From Eledone cirrhosa (lineage: Eukaryota), in contig OZ024750.1 of the NCBI GenBank assembly GCA_964016885.1, positions 37,572,001 to 37,636,000 of the forward strand: a DNA stretch of 64,000 nucleotides, written 5' to 3'. This document shows positions 14,808-28,536 of this stretch, in pieces. How positions within the stretch are numbered: the stretch's first letter is position 1; the number at the start of each line of letters is the position of its first letter. The notes under the pieces are model-generated. The model saw nothing but the letters and a program-made list of their open reading frames with translations, searched no databases and was not told the origin of the DNA. The translations under genes and the position numbers were made by a program.

Positions 14808-15400
14808 TGTAGATAAATCTACCAAAAGTTTACGGTAGTGTCCAATGTAATCAAGAACTCAATGTAATCCGGATATCATGGAAAGAAGAGATGCATTCAA
14901 AAATCACTTTCGGTGAAAGATAAACGGAATACAGAGTCAAGATAAAATATTAAAAAAATAATGAATAAAACAATGAAACAGTTCCTTATATTAAACAAAA
15001 AAAAGTTCATTATTTAACGATCGTTTCTAGGACATATATGTGTTAGAATTGGCATGCATATTTAAAAGATCGATGTACAAAATTATACAAACTATCAAAG
15101 AGAATATACATACCATCACATATATATGCTGTCTTCAAAAATAATGAAGTATATTTATTGATAATAACAACAATTCAAAATTACAGGTCTGTTTGGGAAC
15201 AGATTTTAAATAGACCCTGAAATACATAAAAATTCATCAAGAAAATACAGTTAGGTGTGTGTATATATGTAAGTAACTTCGTTCACAGATATGCATAAAA
15301 ATGTATGTTCACATGCATACGCATGTCGAAAAAGTGTATGTAAATACAAAAATTCAGGGCTAATGTCTCTGTATGTTTATAATCCACAAACATACATATA
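14808..15400 (-). mobile_element. Penelope-like pseudo-LTR, family A, copy 2 (hammerhead at 15006-15148, core mutated to TTGAAGA)
   Basis: Direct repeat of 2893-3520. Confidence 0.85.
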
Positions 15401-15909
15401 CATATACATATACATATACACACATATATACACACATATACATACATTCATACACACACACGCATATACACATAAACACACACATACCTACGAACACACA
15501 CACATACACACACACACACACATACGTATATATTATTAATATAACTATATGGATATTCAGGCGCACACATAAACACGGCCACACACACTTACATCTAGAT
15601 GCAGAATTAAAAGGAGGCTTACCTAAGTAAGTAATTAAGGAGGGTGTCAGACTCAGCATATTTATAAAAATGTATCTATAAATTTAGAAATAAAAAGAAA
15701 TATAATAAAAGAAATATAATAAAAACATAAAAAACATAAAAGAGAGACATAAAATATACATGCATTATACGCACATTTACACATCCATACGTTCGATACA
15801 TACATACGTACACACACACACATATACATACTTAACCTCACGCATATTAACCTGTTTGTATGCATATACATAAAAACAAGTAAAACATATATTCATACAT
15901 ATAAATACA

Positions 15910-16003
<94 letters not shown>

Positions 16004-16089
16004 TATATATATACACACATACGCACAACACACATATATACATATATGTACACACATTAGTGGGAAATAGTAAATATAGGTTTCAAGGA

Positions 16090-17010
16090 ACATAGAATAT
16101 TAATCTGCATTTAAATCATAATATGTGTTTACATAGTAGTGTCAGTATTAGGAAATGGTATTTGTAAGAAAGAAGGCTAAATTATGCATTTTAATATAAG
16201 TAGACTATTAATTATAGGTTAATTAAAGTAAAAATAGTTAATATATTAATTTCTAAGGTGTATACTACTTAGGTTTATAATATTTAAATCGGAATTTTGA
16301 AATATTAACATGATGGTATCAATTTTAGGAAATGAATTCATCGGTAGTAGAATATTAATTATAGGTTAACTAAATTAAAAATTGTATATTAATTTCTATA
16401 GTATATGTTAATTAGGTTTATAATAATTAAAGCAAAATTTTGTATTTTATCTATAGTAGAATATAATTATAGGTTAACTAAATTAAAATTAATCTATATA
16501 TTTATTTGTAAAGCATATATTAATTAGGTATATATTTAAAAGTTTTTCTCAGTTTATGATTACATGATATTCTGCAATCCATCTGTATTAGAATTTTAAT
16601 TTTAAGCTAACTAAATGAAAATTATAGGTTAACTAAATTAAAATTAATTTATAAATTAATTTCTAAATTGTATATTAATTAGGTTTGTAATATTAAAAGT
16701 ATTTCTCTGTTATTGATTACACGATATTTTGTTATATTTCATCTGTAAAGGAATTTTAATAAAAGGTTAAATAAACTAAAATTAATCTATATATTAATTT
16801 CCAAAGTATATATTAATTATGTTAATAATATTTAAAAGTTTATGATTACACGATATTTTTTAATTTCATCTGTAGTAGAATTTTAATTTAATTAAAATTA
16901 TATGTTAACTACATTTAAATTAATTTATATATTAATTTCTAAAATATATATTATTAATTAGGTTTATAATATTTAAATGTTTTTCTCAGTTTATGATTAC
17001 ACGATATAAT
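16090..17010. repeat. Degenerate AT-rich tandem repeat (~110-130 bp) downstream of the Penelope ORF
   Basis: Recurring TTATAGGTTAACTAAATTAAAATT...ATATTAATTTCT...AGGTTTATAATATT. Confidence 0.7.
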
Positions 17011-17066
17011 TAATTCCTGTCCTTAGATTTCATTATTCTTGGGAACACAATCTACATTCATTTCTA

Positions 17067-18334
17067 TTATTTTTCATAAGGGGTGGCTCTTTTGAGCACA
17101 CTCCAGGTCATATCATATTCTATATTCTTATTTCTATAACTATTAATTTTTTCTGCTAGAGATGTTGTATTAGCCAGTGCGGCATTTTTAAAACTATGTT
17201 TGTGGGTATTAAACCTTACCTTAAAATTTTTAGAAGTAGCTCCTATATATGAGCAAATAGAATCTTTAGTTTTAACTTTACATTTATAAACTATGTTGTT
17301 AACAAGACAATTTCCTTTTAATGGGCAGTTTGCTTTGTTTCTACCTTTCGTTAATTCTGTATTTGAGGAGATATTATGGTTAGTTTGATGTATTGGTGGT
17401 ATACTTATGGTTTCTTTACATTTATATGCATTTATAGGCACTTATATTTTGTTTTATGTTATTGGTTGTTGAGTATGAGAATTTAACTGTTGATCTATTT
17501 AAGATTTGATGGTATTTGTGGTTTGGCGGGAAGTTTTTCTCTAGGATATTAAAAATTTTTTTAGCAATATTATCCTTAATTTGTAAATTAAATGGAGCAT
17601 TATACCAAGTAACTCGTCTATTACGGTTTCTATGTTGTTTATTGTTTTTATAGGATGCATGTTTACTAGGAGGATTAATGTTAATGACCTCACCACGCGC
17701 ATTTTTAGTTAGATTTATTGATTTAGGTGTTATTATTAACATTTATTAGAGTTGTATGATGAGTAGTTTTTTGAGAGTTACTATACTTTATATTAGAGGA
17801 GTTAGAGAAATTTGGTTTTATGTTGGTATTTTGGGGTATAGTGTGAGTGGCATTTAGGTGTGTACTTTTCATTTGGTGTTTGTTGGTAATATTAGGTTGT
17901 ATGTTTATAGTGTTATTAGTAGAAGGTATATATTCCAATCTATTTTTGTGGCCACTTCTATCTAGAGCTTCGTTATAGAAGGTCGCATTTTTATCAAATA
18001 CATCTTGTTTAGACGAAAGGTTAGAAATTCTAAGTGATATATTATATGCAAGGTTTTTAAGGATAGATTTAGGGTGATTAGATTGTGAGTGTATGTAGTG
18101 TAAGTTTTGGTTGGGTTTATGGTAAGGTTGGTAGATACCCGTAGCTAAGTCTAAAGTTATATCTAGGAAATTAACTACTTTACTTGTGTTTTCAAAAGTA
18201 ATATGAAGACCATAATAGTCTTTAAGGAAAGTTCTAATAAGCTTTTTGTTTTTTTCTATTTCTGAGAGGCTAAGGTTGTTGGAAAGAAGAAGACAGTCAT
18301 CACGATATAAACCACCTTTATGTATATAAACCAC
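17067..18334 (-). pseudogene. Penelope-like RT C-terminal half plus GIY-YIG endonuclease (5'-truncated, frameshifted)
   Basis: GLYRDD, VNFLDITLDL, YHKPN..LHYIHSQSNHP, WYNAPF, NCPLKGNC..NIVYKC..YIGATSKNFKVRFNTHKHSF. Confidence 0.9.
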
Positions 18335-18337
18335 ATT

Positions 18338-18752
18338 ATGTATTTCATTGGTCTATTTAAAATATGTTCCCAAACAGACCTGTAATTTTGAATTGTTGTT
18401 ATTATCAATAAATATACTTCATTATTTCTGAAGACAGCATATATATGTGATGGTATGTATAATCTCTTTGATAGTTTGTATAATTTTGTACATAGATCTG
18501 TTGAATATGCATGCCAATTCTAACACATATATGTCCTAGAAACGATCGTTAAATAATGAACTTTTTTTGTTTAATATAAGGAACTGTTTCATTGTTTTAT
18601 TCATTATTTTTTAAATATTTTATCTTGACTCTGTATTCTGTTTATCTTTTACCGAAAGTGATTTTTGAATGCATCTCTTCTTTCCATGATATCCGGATTA
18701 CATTGAGTTCTTCATACGGATTGGACACTACCGTAAACTTTTGGTAGATTTA

Positions 18753-18755
<3 letters not shown>
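18338..18755 (+). mobile_element. Penelope pseudo-LTR family A, copy 3, inverted at the 5' truncation point
   Basis: Reverse complement of 14808-15230. An inverted pLTR at the 5' side is typical of Penelope insertions. Confidence 0.85.
18418..18560 (+). ncRNA. Type I hammerhead motif, family A
   Basis: TTCATTATTT-CTGAAGA...CTAACACATATATGTCCTA-GAAACGATCGTT-AAATAATGAA. Confidence 0.65.
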
Positions 18756-18793
<38 letters not shown>

Positions 18794-18903
18794 ACATATA
18801 TATATAAACATATATATATATAAACATATATATATATATGTACATATATATATAAACATATATATATATGTACATATATATATAAACATATATATATATA
18901 AAC

Positions 18904-18934
<31 letters not shown>

Positions 18935-19143
18935 AATATATATATATATAAATATATATATAAATATATATATATATATGTACATATATATATAAACATA
19001 TATATATATAAACATATATATATATATATGTACATATATATATATATGTACATATATATATAAACATATATATATATATAAACATATATAAATATATATA
19101 TAAAAATATATATATATATATATATATATAAATATATATATAA

Positions 19144-19177
<34 letters not shown>

Positions 19178-19252
19178 GTACATATATATATAAACATATA
19201 TATATATAAACATATATATAAGATCAAAAGATGGTTAAAGGAGTTCCATATA

Positions 19253-19319
19253 TTTTATTATGCGCATTTCAAAAACAAACATCATCAAGCAATAATATTT
19301 GTGTTTTCATCAGATAAAA
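19253..19319 (-). ncRNA. Minimal type I hammerhead ribozyme, family B
   Basis: Minus strand: TTTTAT-CTGATGA-AAACACAAATATTATT..GATGATGTTTGTTTTT-GAA-ATGCGCAT-A-ATAAAA. Intact core, 6-bp stem I, palindromic stem III. Confidence 0.8.
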
Positions 19320-19521
19320 CAGGAGAACATGATATGAAGGCTATAAACATATATATATATAAACATATATATATATAAACATATATATATATTTCTACAT
19401 ATATACATATATATATAAACATATATATATATAAACATATATATATATATATATATATAATATATATATAAATATACATATAAATATATATAAAAATATA
19501 TATATAAGTATATATATATAT

Positions 19522-19556
<35 letters not shown>

Positions 19557-19607
19557 AATATAAATAAATATATATATATATATATATATAAATATATATA
19601 TATATTT

Positions 19608-19716
<109 letters not shown>

Positions 19717-19926
19717 TATATATATGTACATATATATATATATATATATGTACATATATATATATATATATGTACATATATATATGTACTTATATATACA
19801 TATATATATATGTACATATATATAAATATATATATATTTACATATATATATATGTACATATATATATATATATATGTACATATATATATATGTACATATA
19901 TATATATTTACATATATATATATATA

Positions 19927-19970
<44 letters not shown>

Positions 19971-20054
19971 TATATATATATGTACATATATATATATGTA
20001 CATATATATATATATATATATGTACATATATATATATGTACATATATATATATT

Positions 20055-20085
<31 letters not shown>

Positions 20086-20647
20086 CATATATTTATATAT
20101 ATATTTATATATATATTGTTATACTTTGGGAGGGTCATGTTGCCAATAATTTATATATATATTTATATATATATTTATATATATATTTATATATATATAT
20201 ATATATGTTTATATATATATCTACATATATATATATATGTACATATATATATATATGTTTATATATATATATATGTTTATATATATATATGTTTATATAT
20301 ATATGTACATATATATATATATATATTTATATATATATTTATATATATATTTATATATATATTTATATATATATTTATATATATATTTATATATATATTT
20401 ATATATATATTTATATATATATTTATATATATATTTATATATGTTTATATATATATATGTTTATATATATATATGTTTATATATATATGTACATATATAT
20501 ATATATATTTATATATATATATGTCTATATATATATGTACATATATATATATATATTTATATATATATATGTTTATATATATATGTACATATATATATAT
20601 ATATTTATATATATATTTATATATATATATATATTTATATATATATT

Positions 20648-20696
<49 letters not shown>

Positions 20697-20855
20697 GTTT
20701 ATATATATATATGTTTATATATATATGTACATATATATATATGTTTATATATATATGTACATATATATATATATGTTTATATATATATATGTTTATATAT
20801 ATATGTACATATATATATATATGTTTATATATATATGTACATATACATATATATA

Positions 20856-20913
<58 letters not shown>

Positions 20914-20933
20914 TATATATATATATATATATA

Positions 20934-21015
<82 letters not shown>

Positions 21016-21386
21016 TATATATATATGTTTATATATATATATATATGTGTATATATATATGTTTATATATATATATGTTTATATATATATATGTTTATAT
21101 ATATATATATATATGTTTATATATATATATGTTTATATATATATATATATGTTTATATTTCATATAACTGCTCTGTAAATCATCTGATGTTTTTACATTG
21201 AGCTACTTAACTTACTGGTAATAAGGTAGTAATACAATACTGCCTACCACTATTTAGGGTGTGTGTAAAATACTTACAACTGCATAAGGTTTTGTATTTA
21301 CATAACCATAAATAGTATAACTAATACTATATATGTTTATATATATATATATATATGTTTATATATATATATATATATATATATAT

Positions 21387-21435
<49 letters not shown>

Positions 21436-21456
21436 TACAGATATATATATATATGT

Positions 21457-21549
<93 letters not shown>

Positions 21550-21552
<3 letters not shown>

Positions 21553-22102
21553 GATATTAATAAATGGAAACTATATTTATAAAACCATATTTATTTCATT
21601 ATACATATTTCAGGGATACCACATTAAATTATGGTATGCCTTCATCAGACAAAATACAATATATAACAGTTTTACAAATAGCTTTGACGTACCCTTTTAA
21701 AATGCAACCATTACATTTGGAGGCTGTCTGGATCGTGATTTGTTTGTTCAAATCCCGCCGTGGTTAACTTTGCCTTTCATCCTTACGGGGTCGATAAAAT
21801 AAAGTACCAGTAATATACTGATTAATTGCTGGCCTTGTGCCAAAAGTAGAAACAATTATTTTAACAAGTCATAGTGTTAAGCACAATTAGAAAAAGACGG
21901 AGAGAAAGAAAAAAAGAAAAAAGACGGAGAGAGAGAAAGAAACCCTGGTAAAATATCGGAGAGAGAGAATATCGGAGGTTTTATAAATATAGTTTCCATT
22001 TATTATTATCGTATATCTACTCCAAAAACTTGTCGAGTGCTTTATATCAGTTATAAAAATATTTACTTGTTGTATCCCAACAACTTTAAATAGAACTTTT
22101 GC
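21550..22102. mobile_element. Penelope-type pLTR family C in inverted arrangement (21550-21735 and 21977-22102), with a partial Meta-type SINE between (21735-21860)
   Basis: Both pieces match 28971-29245, one direct and one reverse-complemented. Confidence 0.7.
21592..21656 (-). ncRNA. Minimal type I hammerhead ribozyme, family C
   Basis: Minus strand: TATTTTGT-CTGATGA-AGGCATACCA..TGGTATCCCT-GAA-ATATGTAT-A-ATGAAATA. Confidence 0.8.
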
Positions 22103-22218
22103 ATATGTACATATATATATATATATGTATATATATTTATATATATATATGTACATATATATATATATATATGTACATATATATACATATATGTACATAT
22201 ATAGATATATATATGTAC

Positions 22219-22260
<42 letters not shown>

Positions 22261-22302
22261 GTACATATATATATATATATGTACATATTATATATATATA
22301 TA

Positions 22303-22436
<134 letters not shown>

Positions 22437-22749
22437 GATGTACCAAGTTTTACTGTGAGTGGTACATCTACATATGTATACGTGTGTGTATTCATATACA
22501 TACTAGTATTTCAGTATCCATATATGGATGTACATCTTTAACTTAATTGTTTAAAGCGTCAGTCATACAAAAGTGAGTTACAAACGAAACAAAATTTAAT
22601 TTCGTTTCGTTATTTGTTTTTATCGTCTCCGTTGAACCGGTACTTACTCACACTCTATGCAAATTAGTCTGCCCACTACTAATTTTCATAGAAAAAGCAT
22701 ATAACGCTATGTGCTTTTACGATTCTCTAGAGAGGCCGGAAGATAGGTA

Positions 22750-22795
22750 AATGTTGCTAGATGAGTTGTAACAACAACGAAACTAGTTCAATATT
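22750..22795 (+). ncRNA. Minimal hammerhead-like motif with one extra core nucleotide, family D
   Basis: AATGTTG-CTAGATGA-GTTG TAACAA CAAC-GAAAC TA GTT-CAATATT. Confidence 0.6.
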
Positions 22796-22871
22796 CCTTG
22801 TCTGGCTTTCTGGAGAATAGAGGAAAGGTGTTTCCTCAAAAACCAGTATGACTCTAAAAACCGGTTTGTCT

Positions 22872-23071
22872 NNNNNNNNNNNNNNNNNNNNNNNNNNNNN
22901 NNNNNNNNNNNNNNNNNNNNNNNNNNNNNNNNNNNNNNNNNNNNNNNNNNNNNNNNNNNNNNNNNNNNNNNNNNNNNNNNNNNNNNNNNNNNNNNNNNNN
23001 NNNNNNNNNNNNNNNNNNNNNNNNNNNNNNNNNNNNNNNNNNNNNNNNNNNNNNNNNNNNNNNNNNNNNNN
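22872..23071. other. Assembly gap (200 N)
   Basis: Direct reading. Confidence 1.
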
Positions 23072-23087
23072 ATATATATATATATAA

Positions 23088-23355
23088 GTATTAAAAAAAT
23101 AATGAATAAAATAATGAAACAGTTCCTTATATTAAACAAAAAAAGTTCATTATTTAACGATCGTTTCTAGGACATATATGTGTTAGAATTGGCATGCATA
23201 TTCAACAGATCTATGTACAAAATTATACAAAATTATACAAACTATCAAATCTAATATACATACCAACACATATATATGCCGTCTTCGATATCCAGATTAC
23301 ATTGAGTTCTTCAAACGGATTGGACACTACCGTAAACTCTTGGTAGATTTATCTA
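23088..23355. mobile_element. Penelope pLTR family A, copy 4, rearranged: breaks inside the hammerhead core at 23286 and flips strand
   Basis: 23088-23286 matches 3045-3239. 23287-23355 is the reverse complement of 2894-2963. Confidence 0.8.
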
Positions 23356-23834
23356 CATATATATTATATATATATATTATATTATATATATATATTATAT
23401 ATATATATTATATATATATATATTATATATATTATATTATATATATATATATTATATATATTATATTATATATATATATATTATATATATTATATTATAT
23501 ATATATATATATTATATATATTATATTATATATATATATATATTATATATATTATATTATATATATATATATTATATATATTATATTATATATATATATA
23601 TATTATATATATTATATTATATATATATATATATTATATATATTTATATTATATATATATATATTATATATATATATATTATATATATATATATTATATA
23701 TATATATATTATATATATTATATTATATATATATATATTATATATATTATATTATATATATATATATTATATTATATATATATATTATATATTATATATA
23801 TATATTATATTATATATTATATTATATATATTAT

Positions 23835-26800
23835 ATCATCATCATCATCATCATCATCATTTTACGTCCGCTTTTCCCTGCTTGCAAGGGTGGGACGGGT
23901 CTTATTCAGCACAGCATCTCTCCACTCGTCACGGTCCCTCGTCATCTCCACCGTGAGCTTCAATGATCTGAGGTCTGTTCTCACCACCTCCGCCCATGTT
24001 TTTCGTGGTCTACCTCTACTACGTCTTCCTTCAACTGGCATTTCCTGGCACTTCTTCACCCATCGGTCATCCTCCATGCGCATCACATGTCCATACCACC
24101 TCAGTCTCCTCTCCCGTACACTACATTCTATCCCTCTCAGACACAGTTTCTCTCTCAACACATTTATGCTGGGTCGTTCACGCACATTTACACTGCACAT
24201 CCAACGGAGCATGCTTGCCTCATTTCTCTCCAGCCGTCGCATATCTTCTGCGGTAGCTGCCCATGTCTCACTACCATGCAGCATCGCGCTCCTCACACAG
24301 GCATCATACAACCGGCCTTTCGTACGCAGGGAGAAACCCTTCTTCGTCAACAGAGGAAGCAGCTCCCTAAACTTCTTCCAACCCGTCCTTATTCTAGATA
24401 CTATGGCCTCGGAACACCCTCCTCCCATGCTAATCTGATCTCCTAGGTACCGGAAGCTATCCACCACTTCTATAGCGCCCTCTCGCATTTGAAAAATGTG
24501 TCTATCAGTGCGACTTCTACTGTCTAATTTCCCTGTACATCTACTGCATACATATTTCTCCCTACCTGTTAGTTTGCCTGCTATCCCGCTACATCTCTTG
24601 TGTACCCAGGACCTACATTGTGTGCATTTTATAGAATTTATGCCAGTTCCTTTTCTGCATATCGAACATGGCCATTTCCCTGACGGAATCAGGGTTTTGT
24701 CCTCTTTTCTACTCATCAACACTTTTGTCTTAGCTAGATTTACTCTCAGTCCTCTTGCTTCCAACTGCTGTTTCCATAGCCGGAATTTATTCTCTAGCTC
24801 CTCTACTGATTCTGCCATAAGAGCCAGATCGTCAGCATAGAGAAGTTCCCATGGACAGCCAGTCTTAAACTCCTCTGTTATGGCTTGGAGGACTATAATG
24901 AACAAGAGCGGGCTGAGGACCGAACCCTGATGTACTCCTACTTGTATCTGGAATTCCTCACTAAACTCCATTCCTACCCTGACTTTACTGAGAGTACCTC
25001 TGTACAAAGTTTGCACTGTCCTTACAAGCCATTCCTCAACACCCAGCTTCCTTAGGGACCACCAGATAACAGATCGGGGTACCCTATCAAAGGCCTTCTC
25101 TAGGTCAACAAAGGCCAAGTATAGTGGCTTATTCTTCTCTAAGAACCTCTCTTGCATTTGTCTCACCAAGAAGAGGGCATCTGTTGTACTCTTCCCAGGC
25201 ACAAAACCAAACTGCATCTCATCTAGTTTGACCCTTTCTCTAATTAGTTGTGCTAAAATCCTTTCTGCCACTTTCATAACCTGATCTATCAGTTTTATAC
25301 CCCTATAATTGCTCCTCTCCAAAGCATCCCCTTTACCTTTGTAGCAATTTATGAGAATACTGCTGCACCAGTCTTTGGGTATGACACCACCATATATAGC
25401 CTGATTGATTATGCGTGCAACCAGTTTAGTGCCTACGTCCCCTGATGCCTTCAGCATCTCAGCAACTATTCCCGATGGTCCGGCCGCCTTACCATTTTTC
25501 ATTTCCCTAATCGCCTCTTGGACCCTATATTCGTCAATCTCAATAGCTGGTCCCTCTGTCGGATCTACCAAGGGTAATTTCTCTCTCTCCCATTCGTTCT
25601 CCACATTCATCAGTCTCTCATAATGGCATTTCCAGGCCTCCTTTTTCTGGTCATTCGTGACACTAAGTACACCGGCATCATCCCGGACACATTTATCACC
25701 AACAACATCCTGATTTGCATTGACACACTGCCTTGCAATGTGGAACACCGCACGCCTCTGATCTTCCCGTCGCAGAACATTGGCAAACCTCCTACTCTCT
25801 GCCTCCCTGCGTGCTAAGTACACCTGACGTCTAGCTTCTCTCTTAGTGGCTGTATATTCTTCCCTACTCCCACCCTTATTCCAAGCCTTCCATGCTAGTC
25901 TTTTGTCTCTAATAGCCTTATCTACACTGCTGTTCCACCACCAGGTCACTCTCTGTCTGGTTGGGGCTCTGCTCCAGCCACAAGTTTCATCAGTAGCCTT
26001 CAGCAAGTTGTCACGTAAGAACTTCCAGTTATTATCTATGTCATACGTCTCTAAATCGTCTTCTTTTTCGTCATATACATCTTGAAGGGCTTTCCTAAAT
26101 TTGAATTTTAGTGAAAGGTCTTTTAGCTTCCAGACCTTTCTTCTCCACACCTTCCTATATGGCTCATTCCATCTCTTGCTTACTGAGATATCACTAACAA
26201 CTAACCTATGCTGTGGGGTACATTCTTCCCCAGGGTATGCCTTGGTATTAGACACTATCTGCCTGTCCCGCTGCCTAACTACAGGAAGTCAATCTGGCTT
26301 ATGTGCTCACCAGATTTGTAGGTTATTAGGTGATTGGCAGGTTTCTGGAAGTTTGTGTTGCAAATAGTCAATGTACTTGCATCACAAAATTCAAGAAGTC
26401 TCACTCCTTCTTCATTTCTTGAACCGTAACCATGCCCACCATGTACCCCAGTGTAACCATCCTGGAGCTGTCCAACATGACCATTGAAGTCTCCTGCTAG
26501 CATAACGATGTCTCCGTCCTCTGTCATTGTGGTTGTTTGCAAAAGTTGCTCATAAAAACAGTCTTTCTCATCTTTGCCTAGGCCTGCTTGGGGAGCATAG
26601 ACCGAGATGATTGTCAGTAGTCTCCTACCTACAACTAATCTAAGCTTAATTATTCGATTACTAACTCGAACTACCTCTATTGTCTTATTGATCCATTTCT
26701 CAGCCAGGAAAATGCCTACTCCCCCTAACCCATCATCCTTACCTACCCAGAATAGCTTATAGCTAAGACGCTTGCCTACGACTAGTCTCGCAGAGGCACC

Positions 26801-27006
26801 TCTCCATCTCACCTCTTGCACGCAGCACACATCCACCTGCCTTCTCTCCAGCATCTCCGCTATTTCAGCAGATCTACCTCTGAGAGTGCCAACATTAAGT
26901 GTTGCAACTCTGAGATGCGACGTCTTCATATTTTTTTCTATGCTGTTTTGTTGCTGTGCTGATAAGCTTTTTGGCATTGATACACTGGTTGGATGCCCTT
27001 CCTAAC
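23835..27006 (-). mobile_element. Near full-length RTE-clade LINE (family 1): APE endonuclease plus RT, one frameshift near 26280, (TGA)n tail
   Basis: ORF 26279-26977: ATLNVGTL, VQEVRW, SVYAPQ, GDFNGH. ORF 23862-26255: [38 protein letters not shown]. The stop codon overlaps the tail. Confidence 0.95.
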
Positions 27007-27049
27007 ATATATATATATATATACACATATGTATATATATATATATACA

Positions 27050-28497
27050 CATCATCATCATCATCATCAACGTTTAAGGTCCGTGTTCCACGCTTGCATG
27101 GGTTTGGACGGGGGTAGTCCCACTTGAGGCAAGAGTGATTGTCTTGCTCGCATAGGACTGTCTGGCAGGTTTTCTACAGTTGGATGCCCTTCCTAACACC
27201 AACCACATTTACAGTGTGGGTCTGGGAGGTTTTTACCGTGTTGCCTACACGGCCACATTACAGCGTGGACTGTGTGTTTTTTTGTCGTGACACCTACACG
27301 ATCTCATTTGTTTCGGCCCGGATGGCGCGGCACCAACATAACTTTACATAGGACGGGGTGGTGTGGATGGGGTGGGGGTGGTGGTGGTGGGACGGGGTGT
27401 ATTTTGTTAGAGATGCCTACTGGCAAGGCGGGTCTTCTCTGTTACTGAGTACCGCCAAAGGTCTCGGTCCAGTGACATTGTCTTGGAGAGGTGTAAGTGT
27501 GTGAGGTCGGAGTTTATCAGCTCGTCCCAGGTTTTTCTAGGTCTGCCTATTCCGTGGCTACCGTCTATCTTTATTGCCCTGCACTTTGTTATACAGCTAT
27601 CGACTTTCATGCGCATCACGTGTCCATACCAACGTAGCCTTCTCTCGAGTAAACAACATCTGATCCCTCTTATCTCTAATTTTTTCCTTAGTTCGTTTAT
27701 GCTTTGCCGTTCACGTATATTACTGTTACACATCCAGCGGAGCATGCAAGCTTCGTTCCTCTCTAGTCTGCGTATATCCTCTGCACACAATGCCCAGGTC
27801 TCACTGCCATGCAACATTGCTGTTCGTATGCAGGCATCGTACAACCTGCCTTTCATTTTTAGGGAGAACCCTTTAGCAGCTAATAGTGGTATAAGCTCTC
27901 TGAACTTTTTCCAACCAGTTCTGACTCTAGCTACAGTACTTTCAGAGCACCCTCCCCCACTGCTGATTTTATCGCCCAGGTAACGGAAGCTGTCCACTAT
28001 TTCTATAGAACCCTCTGCGCAATTGAAAGAGCTAGTATTGTGTGGGCACTTGCTGTTACTTATTGCACCAGAACACCGGCCACATGTAAAATCTATGTTC
28101 TTAGTTAGCTTACCTGTGATCCCACTACATCTTTTATGCACCCATACTTTGCATTTAGGACACAAAATGGAGTTTCTACCTACGCCTTTCCTACACACCG
28201 AGCACGACCATTTCCCAGAAGGGACCGCCGCCTTGTTTTCTTTCCTACAAACTAGAACTTTGGTCTTAGCCAGGTTAATTTTAAGTCCTTTTGACTCTAG
28301 GCCGTGCTTCCATGTTTGGAATTTCTTCTCTAGCTCGGCCATTGATTCCGCTATGAGTGTCAGGTCGTCTGCGTATAGGAGTTCCCATGGGCAGCCTGTC
28401 TTGAACTCCTCTGTTATAGCCTGAAGGGCAATAATAAATAGTAGGGGGCTGAGAACAGAGCCCTGATGGACGCCAACTTTTACGCTAAACTCTTCAC

Positions 28498-28498
<1 letters not shown>
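27050..28498 (-). mobile_element. 5'-truncated RTE LINE (family 2) with long 3' UTR
   Basis: [26 protein letters not shown]. Tail GGACCTTAAACGTTGATGATG. Confidence 0.9.

Positions 28499-28536
<38 letters not shown>

Noticed and set aside
21165-21330. Structured-looking island with short hairpins and CTGATGT
   Set aside because: No complete ribozyme core could be assembled on either strand.
22500-22545. Hammerhead-like TTAAAGA..GAAATACTAGTATG on the minus strand
   Set aside because: The core is doubly mutated and the cleavage position is G.
23890-28424. Plus-strand ORFs of 60-180 aa
   Set aside because: Antisense shadows of RTE coding sequence.
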